Positions 18,103 to 22,649 of a DNA stretch of 22,649 nucleotides are shown here, one piece after another. The stretch is from positions 1 to 22,649 of the forward strand of contig JBLIRP010000066.1 in NCBI GenBank assembly GCA_049472355.1, given 5' to 3'. Source of the DNA: a bacterium (GTDB lineage: Bacteria > SZUA-182 > DTGQ01 > JAFGSM01). A program made the position numbers and the translations under genes. The notes beneath the pieces are model-generated. The model was given only the letters and a program-made list of their open reading frames with translations, was not told the origin of the DNA and made no database searches. Each line of letters begins with the position of its first letter. The first letter of the stretch is position 1.

Positions 18103-18265
18103 GGCTAAATTATATTATGAAAATACTCATAGAAAATATAAGCACGGGAAGAGCTATCTCATCGGAATACGTTAAAGTGGAACTTGCTGAGATTGACCTA
18201 TTACGGATCGGGTATCTATTTTGATTTTTAGGCTGACATGATGCGGCAATATTTTGCTTATGCGC

Positions 18266-18667
18266 CTATTCCACAGACAATAATTTTAAGGCATCTACCA
18301 TTTGGTAGTGCTTCTTGTTATTGGTAAGGAGGGTTAGATCATGGTAAAGGCAGGTTGAAGCAATCAAAAGATCGAAATCGCCAATCATCTTTTTTGCTTT
18401 TCTTAATCTTCCTCGCTCCTTACCAAAGAGTCTACAAATTTCATCTTCTATTCCGAAAATTGAAATATCGGTCAAGAAATCATTTAAGGCCGCTTCATCG
18501 GCATCCGGCTTTGTTGAATAATAGACACCTTCGTAAAGCTCAGCTAAAGAGATCACACTAATAGCCAATCCCTCTTCTTTTAAGGATTCGAGTTTTTCCG
18601 TAATACCTTTATGTCCATTCAGATAATGAATAATCCAATCGGTATCGATAAGATAGGATATTTTCAT
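18266..18667 (-). CDS. vapC: Type II TA toxin, PIN domain (VapC family)
   Basis: YLIDTDWII, ISVISLAELYEG, IGDFDLLIAST and LLTNNKKHY motifs. AT-rich. Confidence 0.94.
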   Translation of the reverse strand: MKISYLIDTDWIIHYLNGHKGITEKLESLKEEGLAISVISLAELYEGVYYSTKPDADEAALNDFLTDISIFGIEDEICRLFGKERGRLRKAKKMIGDFDLLIASTCLYHDLTLLTNNKKHYQMVDALKLLSVE

Positions 18668-18900
18668 AGTTTGGGTTTCTCTCTAGTAGAGAAAAGACGA
18701 TCCGTATAAATGTTGCTGATTAATGTTTCAGCATCAATTGTCCCTTTCCAAGCCCCGGCAGCCCTTTTGAAAGCACCCTCTTTAGACCTGCAAGGGATAT
18801 CTATGATCGTGACAATAATTTCCTTGCCTTCGGCAATGTCAATTTTCTCAAAAGGTTTAATAACACCTTTTGAAAATTTTGCCTTTATGGTTTTCCCCAC
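18664..18900 (-). CDS. Antitoxin, AF2212/DUF104-like family
   Basis: KTIKAKFSKGVIKPFEKIDIAEGKEIIVTI. GTG start with AGGAGG RBS; ATGA overlap with vapC. Confidence 0.85.
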   Translation of the reverse strand: MGKTIKAKFSKGVIKPFEKIDIAEGKEIIVTIIDIPCRSKEGAFKRAAGAWKGTIDAETLISNIYTDRLFSTREKPKL

Positions 18901-18949
18901 TTCTATCCCTCCTCCTATGGTGATGGTTGTATTATCGTCTAATATCTTT

Positions 18950-18979
18950 ATAGTAATAGTAATATTGAATTAATGTCAA
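18950..18979 (-). promoter_or_regulatory. Putative sigma70 promoter of the second TA operon
   Basis: Minus strand TTGACA (18979-18974), 18-nt spacer, TACTAT (18955-18950). Confidence 0.5.
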
Positions 18980-19014
18980 GATTTTATTTTTTCGAGTTAA
19001 GCGGGTGGTGAGAT

Positions 19015-19281
19015 ATGGAATGGGCGACCAGGCACAGGGCCATGATCAACGCCACATGCGAGCGGCTCCGGCCCATCATCATGATCACCCTTGCCGCGGT
19101 GCTCGGCATGTTGCCGCTTGCCATGGGCAAGGGCATAGGCGCAGAGATGCGGAATGCCACGGGCATCGGATCCGCAGGGGGCATCCTGGTATCCGGCGTG
19201 CTCACCCTCGTGGTGATTCCGATACTCTATGACCTGTTCACGAGAAGACAGGGGATGATTGGGAACGATAAAAAACCATGA
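19015..19281 (+). pseudogene. Second copy of the RND permease 3' end
   Basis: 19022-19254 aligns without gaps to 16756-16988 (about 26 differences in 233 nt; 3 substitutions in 77 aa). Confidence 0.92.
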
Positions 19282-19657
19282 AAGCCCTTAAGGCAGATTA
19301 CTTACTCCTTATAGGATCATTAGTAATCGCTGGCATGCCACTGACTACCAAAGGGACCAGTCTGAATGCCAACATCTGGCATGCAAAGACCGCCGAGTGA
19401 TGACTCGACATAGTGAGAGGAAATCAGGTCACAGATTGTATCGATATATCACCCGCCATTGCTGATATACTCCAGAATTGTACAGATGAGTTTTCCAAGT
19501 TTGGCTGTCCCTTCGTCGTACCACGGAAATATTTGCGTGCGCGGTAATCCAATAACTGCATGCGGATATTTTGTGCGTAGCGCTTAGATATTTGCCATGA
19601 CTCAGATCTGCCGTGTAATTATTCGCTCGCGTGCAATTCTGAATAGCTCGCGTGCAA

Positions 19658-21358
19658 TTAATTGCTCTCTTTTCCATATCTGACACTTTTGGTAAAGCCA
19701 CCCAATCGGCGGATCTTGCCTTCTTTTTCAAGGCGTTTCAGCAATCTATATGCTTGCATTGAGTTGATTCGACACAATTTGGCGGCTTCACTCCGGCTTA
19801 TTGATCCATGCTTTTCTATATATTGCAGAACCATCTGCGCCTGCTGCAGGGGCTCGAAGCGGCGCTGGTGCACGTAGGCGGCGGGCTCACCCAACCGTCG
19901 ATAGGTGACAGCAGAAAGGTGCCAGTCACGTCCTTTTTTTTCGCCCCGGGCCTCGACCAGCCCTGCTTCCACGAGACGGTTGAGTACCGCGCGGGCCTCG
20001 GACTCCGGTTTTTGAATCAGCCGGGCTGATTCATCCGTAGTTACAACACGCTCACGCCACAAGGTATTGAAAATGAGCAGATCATCGAGGCTCAGCAATC
20101 GCCCACTCCGGTCCTCTTCCACAATCAGACGAACGAAATTCAGATTTGCCTCACCGCCAGGCAATACCAGTACAACACCCGTTGTGTCACTGCGGTCGTA
20201 AGAAGGCGCGGGCCGGCCATTGCGCAATTGCTCGTAGAAAATCGTGTCGATCCCCCGGGCGGTCCGCTCAACGATGCCAGCCCGCTTGAAGGCATCGGCC
20301 AGCAAGGGATTCCGAGGGCGCGGGGCGGTGACCAACAGATTGTCGAGCCGTACACCTTCGGGAAAGCCGCCGGGATTGGATATTTCGATGCGGTCGTCAT
20401 GCCACTGCATGTGCACCGCACCAAGCCGGGTGTAATCACGGTGAATCAGGGCATTCGCCACACCTTCGCGAAAGGCTGCAGGCGGGTAATCAGGCACGCC
20501 CACACGCAGCAGGCCCATCATCAATTCCTGTTCGCGGTTAAGTGCGCGGAAACGAGCCTCGATTTCTTCCATTACGCGCAAGAGCGGCCAGCGGAAGAAA
20601 TCGTTGACCTCCACTGCCTGTCCCCGCAAGACCTGAAAGGCTACCTCGTGAGCCGGAAGGAGGCGGCGCAGCGACGCTTCCTTGCCGAACATAATGAGCC
20701 CAAGTACGCGGACGGCACGAACGTGTCCATTGGTCTCGACGGCACCCATGGCCTTCGCAAGTTCCAGATCAGGCAGGTCAAGCAGGGTCTCGTCGCTGCG
20801 GCCTCGTCTCTCACGGATGCTGCGACGAAGCCGTTCAAACTCCAGCGGATCAAGGTCTTCCCATTGTGCATCCGGGACGACCAGTGCAGAGTAATCGAGC
20901 ATGCCACGGTCGGCCTGGTGGGCCTGCATCTCGTGGAAGTGCATGGGGATGCATGCTGGACGGCCATCGCCTCCGATAGTACGGCGCAGGTAAAGCCCGT
21001 CTGCTGTACCGACGGGGGTGCGGCACATCGGTACCTCGATGACCAGGATTTCCCGTCCTTCAATTTGGACGGGGTGCACGCGCACAGCCAGGGATGGCCT
21101 GGTGCGATTCGAGATCAGGGCAGTAAGGCGGGCAGGATCGGTTCGGCCTGCCTCATGGCGCGGACGTGCGCCGGTAATGCGGCCGTCGTCTTCCACGCCG
21201 AGCAGCAACCATGCGGATTCGGAACCGGATCGATTTGCCAGACATACAACAGCCTCAAGCAAGTCGCGGTCGGACAACGGCGCTTTCTCCTCACCCTTGA
21301 ACTCGACATTGAGGGTTTCGCCCCCTGCAATCAGGCTGAGTACGGATTCAGGGGTCAT
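19658..21358 (-). CDS. AlbA_2 (Schlafen-like) domain + HATPase_c_4 (RecG C-terminal-like) + winged HTH protein
   Basis: GETLNVEFK...AVVCLAN...[12 protein letters not shown] (AlbA_2). [19 protein letters not shown]...IEISNPGG...RNPLLADAF...VERTARG (HATPase_c_4). Two C-terminal HTH segments. AGGAGG RBS before ATG 21358. Confidence 0.92.
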   Translation of the reverse strand: MTPESVLSLIAGGETLNVEFKGEEKAPLSDRDLLEAVVCLANRSGSESAWLLLGVEDDGRITGARPRHEAGRTDPARLTALISNRTRPSLAVRVHPVQIEGREILVIEVPMCRTPVGTADGLYLRRTIGGDGRPACIPMHFHEMQAHQADRGMLDYSALVVPDAQWEDLDPLEFERLRRSIRERRGRSDETLLDLPDLELAKAMGAVETNGHVRAVRVLGLIMFGKEASLRRLLPAHEVAFQVLRGQAVEVNDFFRWPLLRVMEEIEARFRALNREQELMMGLLRVGVPDYPPAAFREGVANALIHRDYTRLGAVHMQWHDDRIEISNPGGFPEGVRLDNLLVTAPRPRNPLLADAFKRAGIVERTARGIDTIFYEQLRNGRPAPSYDRSDTTGVVLVLPGGEANLNFVRLIVEEDRSGRLLSLDDLLIFNTLWRERVVTTDESARLIQKPESEARAVLNRLVEAGLVEARGEKKGRDWHLSAVTYRRLGEPAAYVHQRRFEPLQQAQMVLQYIEKHGSISRSEAAKLCRINSMQAYRLLKRLEKEGKIRRLGGFTKSVRYGKESN

Positions 21359-21555
21359 GGCTCCTCCTGCCAAAAACCCAGATGGGCAAGATTATGAGTG
21401 ATAGCCTCGTCCAGCCGGCATGACTCTGTCTGCTGTTCCCTCAGTTGCGCCACAAGCCGATTCATTTTCTCCTCGAGTGGCTCGCCATCGTCCTCAACCT
21501 CAGCCGCGCCGACATACCGGCCCGGCGTGAGGATGTGGCCGTGATGGCGAATGTC
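21355..21555 (-). pseudogene. hsdM: 3' remnant of type I restriction-modification M subunit
   Basis: Manual translation gives [66 protein letters not shown], the characteristic HsdM C-terminus. Its stop overlaps the AlbA start (ATGA). Confidence 0.88.
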
Positions 21556-21758
21556 AGGTTTGACGCAGCCTTTTTTCCGTCAGGTGAAGGTCGGGAATAT
21601 CACGTAGAGCTTACCTGCAAATTTTTCATGGGGGTACACGGTCCATTCACGGAGATCACTCACTAATCAAGGGATATCAGACTGGGCATTCAAGTCATTC
21701 AACTTTTAATTCCGGCACAAACCCGCACGAATCATTATTTATAGCAAGCGATCCACCC

Positions 21759-21797
21759 GATGATATATCATCATACGATAAATGGCGGTAATGTCAA
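21759..21797 (-). promoter_or_regulatory. Putative sigma70 promoter with palindromic operator
   Basis: Minus strand TTGACA (21797-21792), 16-nt spacer, TATGAT (21775-21770), overlapped by the perfect palindrome GATGATATATCATC (21759-21772). Confidence 0.5.
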
Positions 21798-21859
21798 GCA
21801 GTTTTGTATCTGCGAGCATTCCAAGGTTTGTAGGTTGTTGTCTGACTCTCCTGAATTGT

Positions 21860-21950
21860 CCTTGTCAAAACTCCATCCGACTACAAAATGAACCTTGCTC
21901 AAGGTTCTTTTTGGAATTTGTGACTGCGATGTAAGCAGTTGATGAATAAA
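21860..21950. repeat. 92-bp non-coding element, copy 2 (91 bp)
   Basis: Matches 18011-18102. Contains the dyad GAACCTTG-CT-CAAGGTTC (21890-21907). Confidence 0.9.
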
Positions 21951-21955
21951 ACCGG

Positions 21956-22649
21956 CGGGAGGGGGTCAGGCTCATCCCGTGCGGCCGCGTGCGCCAGTCC
22001 GGCAGCGAGTATAGCGTAAAATTCGATGCGGACTACGACCGGGTCGCGGACATCGGCGGGATGGAGGTGGCCAATGATGAGGGGCAGCGAAGCTATATCA
22101 GGGACATGGCCAGGGTGCGGATGTCCGCTCCACCATCGTGGTCGCCATCAGCATGCCGGTTACCATCCTGGCCGGCCTCTTCTTCATGCATACCCTCGGC
22201 CTCACCCTGAACATACTCACCCTGCTCTCGGTGGGCATGTCCGTGGGGATACTGGTGACCAACTCCATCGTCGTCCTAGATGCCATCGTATCGAAGCTCG
22301 GCGAGACGGGTGACCCGAAGGAATCCGCGCGCCTGGGCGCAGGCGAGGTGGCCCTGGCGGTGGTGGCGAGCGCGGGCACCAACATGGTGGTCCTGTATCC
22401 CATCGCCCTCATCTATTTCGAGAAGCATCGCTGGGCAGACATCCTCCTCATCCTTGCCATCGCCGCGGCCCTGGTGCACTCCCTGATCCTTGCAGGCAGG
22501 ATTGACTCCTCCATGGTCTCCGAATCCGACAAGGGGGAGATCCTGGTGAAACTGGAATTTCCCACCGGGTATGACCTTGCCCAGACCGATATGCGGGTGA
22601 AGGAGGCTGAGGACCTGATCAGGGCGTGCCCGAGCTGCGGCATACCCTC
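21956..22649 (+). pseudogene. Internally deleted RND permease homolog (runs off the window)
   Basis: Three collinear blocks: 21956-22126 matches 14544-14714, 22124-22407 matches 14986-15269, and 22408-22649 matches 15486 to about 15728. One frameshifting junction, and a 1-bp deletion near 22625. Confidence 0.92.

Noticed and set aside
19429..19731. 100-aa minus-strand ORF ending QQWRVIYRY, faintly RelE/HigB-like
   Set aside because: It overlaps the AlbA gene out of frame, and the resemblance is limited to a few residues; not supportable without a search.
20228..21397. 389-aa plus-strand ORF
   Set aside because: Antisense shadow of the AlbA_2 gene.
21445..21666. 73-aa plus-strand ORF
   Set aside because: The opposite strand carries the recognisable hsdM C-terminus.
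17000..22000. Integron cassette array or CRISPR array
   Set aside because: No integrase or cas genes, no convincing attC (RYYYAAC...GTTRRRY) pairs, mixed gene orientation, and no regularly spaced repeat-spacer units.

Overview
A 22.6 kb bacterial window, probably from an anaerobe: it carries Fe-S/B12 enzymes and a TolC, so it is a diderm; the taxon cannot be fixed from the sequence. The left part holds the 3' end of a Gly/Met/Leu-rich low-complexity gene with a terminator. Next is a minus-strand two-gene unit: a B12-binding radical SAM protein with a C-terminal STAS-like domain, coupled by a GTGA overlap to a 1450-aa double-activase/DUF2229 protein with the architecture of PlsA/Ger ether-lipid enzymes. 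A secreted Pro/Leu-rich unknown protein, cysC, a decayed MBL-fold gene and a REP/MITE follow. The middle is an intact TetR-TolC-MFP-RND efflux operon with a clear promoter and candidate operators. The right part (from 17 kb) is an accessory hotspot: two intact type II PIN toxin-antitoxin modules, an intact AlbA_2/Schlafen-HATPase-HTH gene, and remnants missing from or only partly shown in the ORF track (AbiEi-like 3' end, hsdM 3' end, a second copy of the RND 3' end, and an RND homolog with clean internal deletions). A 92-bp non-coding element occurs twice at remnant junctions. No rRNA, tRNA, CRISPR array, integrase or transposase was seen. All family calls are from motif recognition by eye; no database search was run.
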